Shown here one piece after another: positions 40,406 through 56,295 of a stretch of DNA of 64,000 nucleotides. The notes under the pieces were generated by a model. That model did not search any database and had not been told where the DNA came from. It saw only the letters and a list, made by a program, of their open reading frames with translations. A program made the translations under genes and the position numbers. Every line of letters begins with the position of its first letter. Positions within the stretch are counted from its first letter, which is position 1. Origin of the DNA: Octopus vulgaris (Eukaryota); the NCBI GenBank assembly GCA_951406725.2, contig OX597818.1, positions 87,482,001 to 87,546,000 on the forward strand. Reading direction: 5' to 3'.

Positions 40406-40954
40406 TTATATAAAATCCGATCTGTCTGTCTGTGTGTGTCTTCTAGGATCTCGGGCATCCGCCATCCGATTGCGCTCAAATTTGATATGTTGATACCGAC
40501 GGTATCAAGGCGTGTATAAGTCTTGAAAAAATTACAAAAATCGATTCCAGGTGAGAATGCGATCGATAAAGCCGTGGGAACGTGCATTTGTACGCGCAAG
40601 TACATCAGCTATTGTGATCGATACTACGCGTACGCGAGAAAAATGCACGTGCAGTTTGCTTAAAAAAAGCCTGCTGGTTTGAAATAATACCACAAAATGC
40701 AGTATATTTAAGAGACCAAAAAGTAAGATGCAAAAGAGATATTTTCTTCAAACTTGGCATGAAGGAAGGAAAGACTATTTGGTTTCTCAAGAAGCTTTTT
40801 TTCTTTGCCTTAACTTCGTTTAATAAAACCAAACATTTTATTGAAATAAAGGCATGCTTAATTATTTTTTAATGAAAAGAAAACACTGATTGATTTTTAT
40901 TCAGCAGATATGATTCAGCACCGTCCATTGGACGGCGGTGGGGCGTTTTGCTCG
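40406..40954 (+). mobile_element. Non-autonomous Helitron
   Basis: tatataaaa...(tctg)n 5' region; 3' hairpin ccgtcca-t-tggacgg then CTCG|T (CTRR variant). Confidence 0.65.
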
Positions 40955-41028
40955 TGTATATAAAAATATATATATATATGTAATTTAATATACACTGTTT
41001 ATCGGTAATTGTATGTATTAATTTGGTG

Positions 41029-41160
41029 GAATCCTTACATTAGCCACTCATCTTAACGTAGCTATTATGCCAAACATAGGTTGATCACCAATTTATCAAT
41101 TTGCGGAGTAAAACCTCGTTTACTTGGCATGGTAGCTACGTCAAGTGATTCAAAGGATTC
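41029..41160 (+). ncRNA. Long imperfect hairpin (pre-miRNA/hpRNA candidate)
   Basis: 22-bp helix 41052-41073 with 41124-41145; outer helix gaatcctt/aaggattc; inner helix aggtt/aacct. Confidence 0.35.
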
Positions 41161-41276
41161 AACTAAATTAATAATAGCAAATTAATAAAGACAGTTATAG
41201 AAATACTGATAAAATGATATTTATCTCTCACTGGATGCAATACATTTTTGTTGTTCTTGCAAACAATGGAATAGAA

Positions 41277-41344
<68 letters not shown>

Positions 41345-41916
41345 GAATTGATATATTCAAACTATCTTTAAGATACACGGTTTTACATAGGTTTAATATC
41401 ATTGTCTCATATAATCCGATAGTGTATATACATAATTATACATATCGCATCCATGTAGGAAAATGCTGGTAAGACAGGTAGCGTGAATGAAGCTCGAACA
41501 TAAGTAGTGGAAAACATAAAGTTGATCAATAAGATGAAATGCAATTATATTGATAGAACAGGCATTTATAAAGCAATGAAAATTTTTTTACCGAAATACA
41601 GCCAATAAATTTTAATACACACACAGACATGATGCATTTTAATACTCCTGGTATCCGTTACTAGAGACAACTGCATCGTAAATACTGTAATCCTATCTAC
41701 ATTTATGTGTAGTGAAAAATTGAGCCCATCTCATTCATATTATTGTCACCCTTTTGATGCAAACCGAACGAAGGAAGTATATTCTTTGTTTATATATAAC
41801 ATGCAGTTGTACAATTACATTCTGGTACATGCAAAATGAAATTGAAGCGAAGCAAGCTGATATGTAGATATGTAATAGCAATGTAATCTTAGTATTACTT
41901 ATGTTAAAGCAAAGGG

Positions 41917-42350
41917 CATACATACACAAATGTACTCCACCGATTTTGTTTTTCATAACTTCCAGCAAAATGGATGTTCTTAATGAAATTTTCTACAAAT
42001 ACGCTTCAGATGTTGTAGACACCAATTATATCTGAATTTATTGTGAAAAAAGAACAGAAATATTTTCGAGAGGCTGAAGGGAGGAGTTTCCGATTATTCA
42101 CACATGTTGGATTTGTTTCCTCATAACTTTCGGAATAATGGGAATTTTTAAGCGAAAATAAAAAGTGGTGGGATAGCATACATACATACTGACACATACC
42201 ACATTCTTCGGGAAAACTTATTTCACAATAAGTTCTGATTTAATCGGAATATACACCAAGCGTATTTGTAGAAAATTTTATTAAAAAACTATATTCATTT
42301 TTAAAGTTATGAAGAAACAAATTCGTTCGAGCACATATGTGTAGGTATGT
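41917..42350. mobile_element. Old MITE-like element with about 130-bp inverted arms
   Basis: aaattttctacaaatacgctt / aagcgtatttgtagaaaattt and flanking inverted matches. Confidence 0.7.
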
Positions 42351-42459
42351 TGCAGCTAAGTCCGGCCGGTTACAGTATATGATTGCGCATGCATAACGGA
42401 AGTCTATGGTCAACATGTATCTTTAAAATAATAACCGTAGAGACATAAATATATATATT

Positions 42460-43116
<657 letters not shown>

Positions 43117-43879
43117 TATATATACTCATGCGAGAAAGCATACTAGGTTCCAGTGGGAATATGGCTACAGAAGAGAAAGTTAAATGTACATACGTGTGTG
43201 TGCGTGAATGTTCGAATATACCTATGTAAAGTGATCATTTGGTGGTACAAGAGCACTTTGTTTGGTAGGATATAGAGTTAAGTATCTGCATTATTGCTTC
43301 CGATGTAATATTCAATGCTGGAGGCGTTATTTTCTATGCACGAGTACCTAACTTGTCGTTATGGAAATTAAAATGTTTATGATATTTATAAATAGATTCT
43401 TAGGAAGTGCTAATTAGCGTCAGAATGCTCGTAGTTATATTAGATTGAAAAGCCGATAAAATGAGATAACATTCCTCTTTGTTAACTCTCTTCGAATTTG
43501 CGGGACGAGGTATTATTAAACATTAAGTTATCACTAAAGCATCTCTTCGCTAGTACTCCATAACAGTGAAGTGCTTGCTCAGAGAAGATATTTTCAGCGA
43601 TTTTTTAAATATACTTCTGCCGACACATTGCGGGGACGCTTTAATAATAACAGAAAGATTATTGGAGAATCTGTGAATATATACATTTACTACGTTGGTG
43701 TTTCTCTAGGGAGGGCACTGACCTGTCATGAGGTCTATGGCTACTTAGACCTCATATTAAGGGGTCAAGCATTTTAAGTTGGCGGTTACAATTATTGTTA
43801 GTCCTAATTCTATGAAGATGTTTATAAGATCCGTCTTAAAATTATTGATGATAGGATGGTTCATATGATTTGAGATTGC

Positions 43880-43941
43880 TAACCTCGGGCTGACCAAAGC
43901 TTTGGAAGTGGATATGGTTGACGGAAACTGAAAGAAGCATC

Positions 43942-44022
<81 letters not shown>

Positions 44023-44650
44023 GCATGTGTGAGAATATGTTTATGCGTCTGTGTTTGTCCTCCAACATCGTTGACAACCGAGGCTGGTGTGTTTACGTCC
44101 CTGTAACTTAGCGGTTCGGCAAAAGAGACCGAAGTAGTAGGCTTACAAAGAATAAGTCCTGGAGTCGATTTGCTCGACTAAGGGCGGTGCTCCAGCATGA
44201 CCGCAGTCAAATGACTGAAAAAGTAAATGAAAAAGTAAATAGGCGCAGGAGTGGCTGTGTGGTAAGTAGCTTGCTTACCAACCACATGGTTCTGGGTTCA
44301 GTCCCATTGCGTGGCACCTTGGGCAAGTGTCTTCTACTATAGCCTCGGGCCGACCAAAGTCTTGTGAGTGGATTTGGTAGACGGAAACTGAAAGAAGCCC
44401 GTCGTATATATGTATATATATATATGTGTGTGTGCGTGTGTGTTTGTGTGTCTGTGTGTGTCCCCCTAGCATTGCTTGACAACCGATGCTGGTGTGCTTA
44501 TATCCCCGTCACTTAGCGGTTCGGCAAAACAGACCGATAGAATAATTACTGGGCTTACAAAGAATAAGTCCCGGGGTCGAGTTGCTCGACTAAAGGCGGT
44601 GCTCCAGCATGGCCGCAGTGAAATGACTGAAATAAGTAAAAGAGTAAAAG
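43880..44650 (+). mobile_element. Two tandem SINE A copies (second full-length, 44241-44650)
   Basis: Homologous to 7479-7880. Confidence 0.92.
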
Positions 44651-44708
44651 AGAATTAAAGAACATATATATATATATAATAATATAAAAAAATATATATA
44701 CACAATAT

Positions 44709-44757
<49 letters not shown>

Positions 44758-44761
<4 letters not shown>

Positions 44762-45285
44762 TAAAAATAGGGTAAAGTAAAATAATTTACTTTACCACAC
44801 ACCAAGCTTTTAGAAATAGCAGCCAAAAATTTGGCTATTTCTTCAACTGCAAGAAAAAGTCTCCCAGACAATGCATACTCAGAAATAACTCACATAGGTA
44901 TAAGGGAAAAACAACGAAAGATCACATCAATATAAGATACCCGAGGACAGCCTGTTTCTGGATTAGTGGATAAAACGCCAACATTTCCTTCATCAGCTCA
45001 GAGATTTCTTCTGATTTAGATTTGAAAGTACTAAGAATCAAACATACCCGTCCGATATATGTAACACCGGACAAACCATGCCAGACCACCAGTACTAGCG
45101 AGTCCAAAAATACAAATGAGATCTATTATTGTTTTTCCCTTATACCTATGTGAGTTATTTCTGAGTATGCATTGTCTGGGAGACTTTTTCTTGCAGTTGA
45201 AGAAATAGCCAAATTTTTGGCTACTATTTCTAAAAAGTTCGGTGTGTGGTAAAGTAAATTATTTTACTTTACCCTATTTTTATAA
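44758..45285. mobile_element. Fold-back pLTR element with HHR in the spacer (44940-45002, -)
   Basis: Arms 44758-44927 / 45116-45285; tctgag-CTGATGA-agga...tcca-GAA-acaggctgt-c-ctcggg. Confidence 0.85.
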
Positions 45286-46319
45286 ATTAATATTTCAAAT
45301 ATACCGTAAATGGTCTTTTTACATACCGAACACTACTTTTTTATTGACTATATATATATATATATATATATGCATATATGGGTACAGGACGTCACAAAAC
45401 GTAAACAACATGAAATACGAAAACGACATATATACATGCATACAAACATATACACATATATATGTTTGTGTGCGTGTGTCTGTACGTGTGTGCGTGTGCA
45501 TGTGTGTGTGTGTGTGCATGTGTGTGTGTGTGTATGTGTGTGTGTCTGTGTGTGTGTATGCACGTGCGTTGATTGGTTTACTTCATCCTATAACTTAACT
45601 CTGGACTCGATGAAGTTCGATATACTATATTCATATCTGTCAAGTATTTTGGTTAAATTTGCAACAAAATAGATCCTTGATAAGTTTTGAAAATATCTAA
45701 ATATGTGTTTATATCATATCTCTACCTTCTTGCCAACGAATCTACCTATACTTACACACATCTCACTATCTACATATGTATATGTGTGTATATATATTTC
45801 TTTTATTTCTTATTTATCTTAAATGTTTCAGCCCAAAGGCTGTGGCCTGCTGGAGCACTGCATATAGATATATGAATATATATATACTTGTGTGTGTATG
45901 TATATATGCAGAGAGAAATAGCGAGAAAAGGAGATAGAAAAATAAAAAGAAAGAGAAGATGAGAGAAGGAAGGAGAGAGAGGTAATATGTAAATATAAGA
46001 ATATAACTCCTTCATATACAATTGCAGAATCTATTGTACATACATTAAAAACAAATAAAACTTTTGTCAGAAAATATTTAAAAAAAATACCCGATTATCA
46101 ATAAATTTGCACTCTTAGGAATATACATACAACAACCCCCTCCAAATCTACGTGCCTACATAAGTATATAAGTATATACAACTACACTCCCTCACGCGTA
46201 TATACACATATTCAGCAAGATACATATCTATAATACATGCATTGTTCAAAATGCACTATATCCCCTTTACTGCACACAACTGCATACAAGCCAGTGCCCG
46301 TTTAATTGAATATCATATT

Positions 46320-46358
<39 letters not shown>

Positions 46359-46517
46359 GTGTGTGTGTGTGTGTGTGTGTGCTTGTGTATATGTATATGT
46401 ATATATATATATATATGTATGTATGTATATAAATAGATATATATATATATATGTATATATGTATATAAATATATATATATATATATATATACACACGCAC
46501 ATATATACACACAGGCA

Positions 46518-46566
<49 letters not shown>

Positions 46567-46652
46567 GTTATCTATTAAAATAAATTTCACTATGTAAAAG
46601 GGATACCAATGAGATAAAGACCTGCCTTCCCTCAAATATACTGCTGCTGCTG

Positions 46653-46692
<40 letters not shown>

Positions 46693-46699
46693 AACAACA

Positions 46700-46775
<76 letters not shown>

Positions 46776-47047
46776 AAAATAATCCTCTACAATGAGTACT
46801 ACAAACATCTGAACCAAGTTTTAGACGGAAATATATCAAACGAGAAATCAATATAGGGTTTGTATGTCTCAAGAAATTTTTGCTCGTTCTTTCTTAACGA
46901 TCTTTATTGTGGTATCGATCTGCTCGCATTGATTATTGTTTTGACATCATCGTGAAATTTGAGTTCTGTATGAATCTTGTAACAATATTGATATTCTTCA
47001 CTATCTTGTACTTCTTCCGATATATGTACGTATGTATCTATACGTAC

Positions 47048-47104
<57 letters not shown>

Positions 47105-47228
47105 CACACACACGCTTGCATGCATGTATGTATTTATAAGTATGTTTATATTTATATGAGTATACTTGTATATATTATATATTATATATACACGCACATA
47201 TATATGTATATATGTATATATATGCATA

Positions 47229-47292
<64 letters not shown>

Positions 47293-47361
47293 TATATATA
47301 CATACATACACACATGTGTATGAATATATATTTATACATATCTATATTCATGCATATCTTG

Positions 47362-47407
<46 letters not shown>

Positions 47408-47545
47408 TTGAATGTATTTATACGTATACATATATACATACATATATGTATGTATATATATATATATATATATATAGACTCATACGTATATATACACATA
47501 CATACATATATATATATATACATATATGCATACAACCATACATAT

Positions 47546-47601
<56 letters not shown>

Positions 47602-47769
47602 CATCCATTGGCTTTGTTTCGTTTTTATATATCAGTACCTCGGTTTCTCGTATTTTTTTTATCATCTTTCTACATTCATAGACGTAGTTTCTCATGGCTG
47701 CTTCTACTTTTTTCTGAGTTCCTTTTGTATCTTCCCGTTTGTTTTTACTATCATTTTCGTGTCTCTTCG

Positions 47770-48400
47770 TCCTCGTCATCAGCAACCTCACCAATTCTAC
47801 AGTCAAATCCACCACCACCACCACCACCACCACCACCACCACCACCGCCGCCGCCGCCGCCGCCAACATCATCATCATCATCATCATCATTATCATCATC
47901 ATCATATGCTCCTCCTACTGGACCTCATCTCATCATCGTCATCACCTTATACCCCCATCATCTGCCATCATCTCTTTCTCCTCCTCCTCCTCCTTCTTCT
48001 TCTTTCTTCTTGTCGTCGTCCTCTACCTCCTGCTCACCACCATCACCACCACCACCACCACCACCACCACCACCACAACCACTACCATGACTACCACTAC
48101 CTCCATCGTCCTCATCTTTATAATCATCGTCATCATCATCACAATCATCATAATCATCATCATCACCGTCATTGTCATCCTCCTCCTCTTCCACGTCATC
48201 ATCGTCATGGTCATCATCATCAGCATCACCACTACTAAAAACACCTTACCACCAGCACTACTACCACCAGCACTACTACCACCACCGCTACTATCACCAG
48301 CACTGCTACCACCAGCACTACTACCACCACACACTATTACCACCACGAACACCATCATCTTTAATATTGTCGCCCTCACCACCACCACCACCACAACCAT
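47770..48400. repeat. Mosaic trinucleotide low-complexity tract (CAC/CAT/CCT/CCG)
   Basis: Direct reading; it generates the poly-His/Pro/Thr pseudo-ORFs. Confidence 0.9.
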
Positions 48401-48647
48401 ACTGTCTGTTATAAATGTCTATTTCTTTGATTGTATTTCTTCGTGTCTGCCTCTCGGATTAACAAACACCTCCCCCCCACAACACACGCACACGGATTCA
48501 TATGTCTGTATGTATTCATAATTTACAGAGAAATCTCCGAAAATAACCAAAAACAAAATTCGCAACTACAGGAACTTCATTGTCATTAGCAACAATATCA
48601 ACAACAATGATATTCACAAGACCATCATCGCTATATATGTATATACA

Positions 48648-48707
<60 letters not shown>

Positions 48708-48769
48708 TGTTTGATTCTAGTTTCAGCTTATGAGCTGTGGCCATGCTGGGGCACCGCCATTTGGTGTTG

Positions 48770-49262
48770 CTACTTGGTTTCACTTCATGGAGGCTTTCTA
48801 GCAACTGCTATTTGGTGCATGAGAGAGTTCGATGCAGCTGCCCTCATCTGCCCCTCCTGCCGTGAAGTTGGTTCATCTGGGACACCTGACAGGAAGAGAT
48901 CCAGCTTCATTTTAAAAACATTTGTATCCACCCCATGCAGGTCTCTCAGGTTCTTCGGGAGGATATTATATAGGCTATCACAGAATCTTGTCCTACATCT
49001 TGATGGCATAGTCCTAGGCACCACGCAGTGGCCCAGTTCTGGCATTTGCGTAACTCTCGATGCCAAAGTTCAGGACACTTCCTCCAGGATCTTCCAGATG
49101 TATATTATGGCATATCTTTCCCGCCTACGCTCCAGGGAATATAATTTTAATCTCTTGAGTCTTTCCCAGTATACATTCTGCATAGAGGCTATCTTCTTTG
49201 TGTATGATCGCCTAGTTCTGTATCAACTTGACACTGGATGGTGACCATAGCTGAGAGCAATA
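48770..49262 (-). pseudogene. CR1/L2-group LINE 3' fragment
   Basis: ERLKRLKLYSLERRRERYAIIYIWKIL and YNILPKNLRDL...FKMKLDLFLSGVPDEP. Confidence 0.85.
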
Positions 49263-50079
49263 GTCAAATATATATGTTCTATATGTGTGTCAGTTTATGT
49301 ACATATATATATGTATATATATCCGGGTAGTGTATTCATTGTATATTCAGTTTTATGCTGATAGTATAAAGCTTGAAATGCATTGAACTGCATGCTATTC
49401 TTTTCAGCCCACTTGTATATTTCGTATATATATATATATATATATATCGTGGCTCTCTGCGTGGCTGAGGGCATAGGGCCATATATATTATAAGTATATG
49501 TTAATATATATATATATATATAAATACATGAGATATATTACATATATGCGTATATATATGTGTGTATATATATGTATATATATGTATATACTTATATATA
49601 CTCTTATGCATATATGTATATATATATATATATATATAGACATGTATATATATATAATATATATATATAATACATATAAGTGTATACGTATATGTATATA
49701 TGTATACATATATATATATATACATACGTATATATATATATGTATGTATATACACATTTATGTCGAGATGTGTATGTATAAATGAAGTAAAATAACAATA
49801 AAAAAATGAAAACAAAAGACATGAAATCATGAAACTGTTCTTTTCGTTGAAATTGGAAACTTCTCTTCTCTTTCACAGGAAATCAACTAAAGACACGAGA
49901 CAATACATCAATAACAAGCAGCAATGCCAAGAAGCGGTAAATAAATGCCAGTTTAGAGCACTATTACCACCACCACCACCACCATCACCACCAATACTGC
50001 TGCTGCTACTACAATGATAACAACGGCTAGTTTTAATGACGACGTCGACTATGATAATTATGATAATAATAATAATAAG

Positions 50080-50930
50080 ATGGCGAGCTGGCGGAATCTT
50101 TAGCACCCTGGACGAAATGCTTAGCAGTATTTTGCCTGTCGCTACATTCTGCGTTCAAATTCTGTCGAGGTCGACTTTGCCTTTCATCCTTTCGGGGTCG
50201 ATAAATTAAGTACCAGTTACGCACTGAGGGTCGATGTAATCGACTTAATCCATTTGTATGTCCTTGTTTGTCCCCTCTGTGTTTAGCCCCTTGTGAGCAA
50301 TAAAGAAATAAGGAATCGTTAGCACGTTGGACGAAATGTTTAGCAGTATTTCGCCTGTCGCTACGTTCTGAGTTCAAATTCTGCCGAGGTCGACTTTGCC
50401 TTTCATCCTTTCGGGGTCGATAAATTATGCACCAGTTGAGTACTTGGGTCGATTGTCATCGACTATCCCCCTCCACAAAATTTCAGGCTTTGTGCTTATA
50501 ATAGAAAGATTTATGATAATAATAATTCTTTTTACTATAAGCACAAGGCCTGAAATTTTGTTGTGGAGTAGTAGTCGATTGCAACATTTCCAGTGCTCGA
50601 ATGGTACTTATTTCATCAACCCCGAAAGGATTGAAAAGCAAAATCGACCTCGGCCAAATTTGAACTCAGAAAGTTAAGCCAGAAGTAATGCAGCTAAACA
50701 TTTTGTCAGGAATGCTAACGACTCTGCCAGCTCTCTGAATTATGTGATAATGATAATCTTTCTAATAAAGACACAATGTCTGAGATTTTGTGGGAGGGGA
50801 GTAGTCGATTACGTCAACCTTAGTGCGTAACTGATATTTAGTTTATCGACCATGGCGGAATTTGAACACGGAACGAAATTATGCTAAGCATTTTTCCCGG
50901 CGTGCTAACGATTCTGCCGGCTCTCCGCCA
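50080..50930. mobile_element. Cluster of SINE B copies in both orientations
   Basis: Plus-strand copies 50080-50510; minus-strand copies 50530-50930. Confidence 0.88.
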
Positions 50931-50933
50931 TAA

Positions 50934-51012
<79 letters not shown>

Positions 51013-51017
51013 TTAAT

Positions 51018-51281
51018 GATAGAAACAAAAGTCGAGAGATATGACAGGTTAGCTTGGGAAGTTAAGCAGTTGTGGTCGACGAAAAAGGTAGCAGTAGTAC
51101 CAATAATTGTCGGAGCTCCGTGAACAGTGAGCAAAATCTCGAGAAGTACGTGGAACAAATAGAGGCTGCAATAAGGGTGGAGCCCTTGCAGAAAACAGCA
51201 CTGCTTGGAACCGCTCGAAAACTCAGGAAGGTGCTCGAAAAATAAGAGGTGTTACCTTAGTTCACTGATAGTGAACAGCTG
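51018..51281 (+). pseudogene. R4/Dong LINE 3' end flanked by (AAT)n on both sides
   Basis: KVERYDRLAWEVKQLW...VVPIIVGA...LQKTALLGTARKLRKVL. Confidence 0.85.
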
Positions 51282-51340
<59 letters not shown>

Positions 51341-51342
<2 letters not shown>

Positions 51343-51910
51343 CGACCAGGTAGCAAAAGTACTACATTGGAAACTGTGTGAAATGTTGGGGCTAGCGTGA
51401 AGTAAGACATGGTATGAACACACACCGCAAAGAGTGGTGGAGTCGGAGACTAGCAAAATCCTCTGGGATTTCCCAATCCAAACAGATCAGGTGCTAGAGC
51501 ATAACAGACCGGACCTAGTGGTGATGGATAAGGTGCACCACATATGCTATATAGTTGATGTTGCATACCCCTTTGACCCACGAATAGTCAAGAAGGAGAG
51601 CGAAAAGATAGATAGATACAACCCTCTTAAGTACGAAACAGCCCGGCTGTGGAAAATGAAGATGGTGAAGATAGTGCCAATTATTATTGGGTCCTTGGGA
51701 ACAGTATCAGAATGCATCAAGAGGAATATATAGGAAATTGGAATAGAGTGCCCAGTAGAACTGTTACAAAGGGTTTGCCTCCTTGGCATGGCCTGAGTGA
51801 TCAGGAAAGTATTACATAGCTGAAAAGAACGAATAGCATGGTACTGTAGACTGCAGGTAGTAAACCCGCTACGCATGCAAGACTTCAGGAGTTCCAACAA
51901 CACCTGTGAT
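51341..51910 (+). pseudogene. R4/Dong LINE 3' fragment (REL endonuclease)
   Basis: DQVAKVLHWKLC, KILWDFPIQTD...NRPDLVV...IVDVA, EKIDRY, VPIIIGSLG. Confidence 0.9.
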
Positions 51911-52081
51911 AAAGAGAAAAAAAAAAATATTTCTACTCTACGTACAATAACTTCAAATTTTTTTTTTTGGGGGGGGAAGGGGGAATAGCCGATTACATCG
52001 ACCCTAGTGCATAGCTGGTACTTAATTCATCGACCCCGAAAAGATGAAATGCAAAGTCGACCTCGGCGGAATTTGAGTCCG

Positions 52082-52660
<579 letters not shown>

Positions 52661-53949
52661 AATGGTTTCAAATTTTGTCACGAGCAGAAATTTTAAAGGA
52701 GGGGACGAGTAGATTACATCGACCTCAGCGTTCAACTGGTACTTATTTTATCGACTCCGAAAGGCAAAGTCGACGTCGGCGGATTTTGAACTCAGAACGT
52801 AAAGACGAACGAAATGCCTCTAAGCATTTTAACCGGCGTGCTAATGGTTCTGCCAGATCGTCTCCTATAATACTTTCTGTTATATGCACGAGCCTATGAT
52901 ACACTAATGATACACTGATTTAGGCACAAGGCCAGCAGTTTTTAAGTAAGCTGTTTACTGGATACCGTGAACCCAGTTCTATGACTAATGATATTTTTTA
53001 AAATCGATCTTTAAAGGATGAAAGGCAAAGACAGCATCGGCAGGATTTGAGCTCAAAATGTAAAGAACTTGAAAAAAATATAGCAAAGCACTTTTTCGAC
53101 GCTATAACGATTCTGCTAGAGGAGCTGAAAGACATCATGGATTTGCAAGACCCTCAATTTCTGGTTGAAGCACTTGACAGGTACCTCAGGAGCTTCTAGC
53201 CGGTCATTTAGATTGTTGAAAATAGTAGACAAATATCCTACATATCATACTACACCGTCTTCAACACGGGGAGATGTTAAATAATATAGTCATAGATATT
53301 TTTCTTGGATATGACTTCGAAATAGATCCGATATTGGTTCACTAGTTCCTGAGCTTTTAGGGGCGTACAAAAATCTCTCTTGTCAACAGGTCTGCTCTGA
53401 TCAGAAGTTGTAGCCCTACCAAGGCTGCAGTATGTCGTGGAACTGCCTCAGGAAGAAGGCTACTTAGAGACACCAGAATGGATCCATAGCAGAGGAGGCC
53501 GTTCAGCTCTTGTTACGTCACAATACTACACGGTGGCTGTGTGAGCTACGAAATCCTCGTTGCTACTGGTATATCGCACATTCGGATGCCTTCTACTCAA
53601 CCCTCACCGCTACTCTGCTACAACTCTGTTCTCTGCTACTCAGTAGTGCTCCCTTGTCGTCTAGACTTCTCCCTCTATATCTATGTATTGGGCTAGTCTA
53701 CTTCATCGTCTGGGGGCGTCCACACAACAGCTCTTTAGCTGATCATCTAAGAGAAGGTAACTCCATTCAAATCTTGCATCCTGATAACTACTGAGTTTGT
53801 GGCATTTGTTGCATCAGACTAATACAAGTTTGAAGGATGAGAGAGTGGGACTTGGCTCTGCACAAACCACGCCTACTGTAATAATATTTATCGTGCAGAT
53901 TGTTCAGCAAACCAGAATACAAGCACCAAAACCGTCATACTTTCTTGGT

Positions 53950-54620
53950 GAGCCTAGCGGTGACGTGGAAAGAAGCGTCGGAGACAGGTCGGGGACATGC
54001 GAACACAGACACATACACATACACACACGCGCGCGCAAGGGAAAAGGCAATTATTTAGGAAGTCCTTATTAGTGAGCAAAATTGTTAAGTCCAGTGGCGA
54101 TTGGGAAAGAAGCGTCGGGGGCAGGCAAATGTTACACGCGAACACACCCACCCTCACACACACACACACAAGCACAAACACACACACACACACACACACA
54201 CATACACACACTCACACACAAACTTGTTAAGGCCAGTAGCGATAGGGAAAGATGCGTCGGGGACAGTAGATGTTACACGCAAACACACACGCACATATAC
54301 ACTCACACACTCACACACATACACTCTCACACATACACTCACACACCCACACACATACACACACACTCACACACTCTCGCACGCATACACACACATACAC
54401 AAACCCACATACGCACGCCACACACTCACACACACTCTATCACTTATACACTTACACACTCACACACACATACACTCACACACTCACATACTCACTCTCT
54501 CTCTCTCACACACACATACATACACAAAAGAAAAAATGGGATTATAAATCGAGGCGAATACTTTGTAAGCCCCCGTAGTGATCAAACTGGTTAAGTCCAG
54601 TGGCGACAGGGAAAGAAGAA
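53950..54620 (+). repeat. Four-unit compound repeat: about 60-bp head with (CA)n spacers
   Basis: gttaagtccagtggcga...ggaaagaagcgtcgg at about 53950, 54084, 54225 and 54590. Confidence 0.8.
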
Positions 54621-55048
54621 ACTTCGGGCACGAGTAGAAGACATTATAATTATAGGGAGCTTTGACCCTGCACACTGGCTGCCATAGGGGAATGGTCGTT
54701 TTCCACAGTGCTACGCACTGCATCGATGTTTTGTTGAAACTGCACTCGTCGAAGTGATGAGAGAATCAATCAGATATACCATGCTTTGAAGCAAAAGAAA
54801 CCGAATAGTCAAAATGATTAAAGTTCGAATGAATGCCCTTGAGCAAGTTTTTGCTTGATCAGGGATGATCTGGACCCAAAAAATAACGGCAGCAACAACA
54901 TCAATAGCAATCAGCCACAAGGACTTGAAGTAGCGCCGTTGGCGTAAGATGGACTGACAATCGTTATCTGTCGAAATATATATTTTTCGCTTTCAGTATA
55001 CTGAGTTTATGTGATTGTGGTAATACATACATACATACATACATACAT

Positions 55049-55114
<66 letters not shown>

Positions 55115-55121
55115 GTGTGTG

Positions 55122-55176
<55 letters not shown>

Positions 55177-55484
55177 GAATACAAGCAGACGTATTTATAT
55201 ATAGATATGCATATATAAATACATACATAGATGCACACATATATGCACACGTGCATACAAAAGCACTTGTCTAAATAAATATATACATGCACATATGCAT
55301 TCACACACACACACACATATATATATACATGCATATATATACATTCATTCATATATACATACATGCATATATATGTACCTACATACACATACACATGCAT
55401 ACGTACTCATATACGCACATTCATACATTTATGTATACACACATACACCTATTCATACATATACATATGCACATACATATACAT

Positions 55485-55517
<33 letters not shown>

Positions 55518-56252
55518 CATACACGTACATAAACACACACATGCATATAAACACTTTCATACAAACACACGTATATATGCCGACCCACATACAAAGACAC
55601 CGACAAATAGATAGATAGATAGAAAGATAGATAGATAAATAGATAGATAGATACATACACACATACATACATACGTATAAACACAAACATACATACACAA
55701 ACATATATAGACACACAGAGATACAAGCATACATACACAAATTCATTGCCATATAAAATCTTATGCAGTCCCGTATAATTTTATTTGGTTCTTTACATTT
55801 AGTAAACTATATTTACCGAAACTACATTTTCCATAACTCTATTTTTCCTCTAAAATGTATTAAAAAAAAAACATTTTGATCAAATATTTTTTTTTATTAA
55901 AATTAAATATCTACTCATGTGTTAGATCCGATCATTACTGATAAAGGTTTAGCTTAAAGCTAGGGAATATATGAGTTTTATATACATATGAAACTAATAG
56001 CTTCCTTTCCTTTTTAACATACATACGTACATACAGATATGTAGTTAGGTAGGTGAATGGATAGACAGAAAGATGAATTGATTGATAGATAGATTGATAG
56101 ATAGATTGATTGTTTTGATAGATAGCCAAATAGTTAGATAAACAAAGAAACAGTTAGGTATATAAGTAGGTAGATAGATAGATTGATATAAGTAGGTAGG
56201 TAGATTGAGTGATATAAGTAGGTAGGTAGATGGATAGAGTGATATAGATCGG

Positions 56253-56295
<43 letters not shown>

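Noticed and set aside
41630-41680. taatactcctggta resembling miR-8/miR-200
   Set aside because: Only a short seed-like match, on the wrong arm, with a weak hairpin.
49348-49390. HHR-like relic with ATGCAT palindrome
   Set aside because: The core needs two or more substitutions; too decayed to call.
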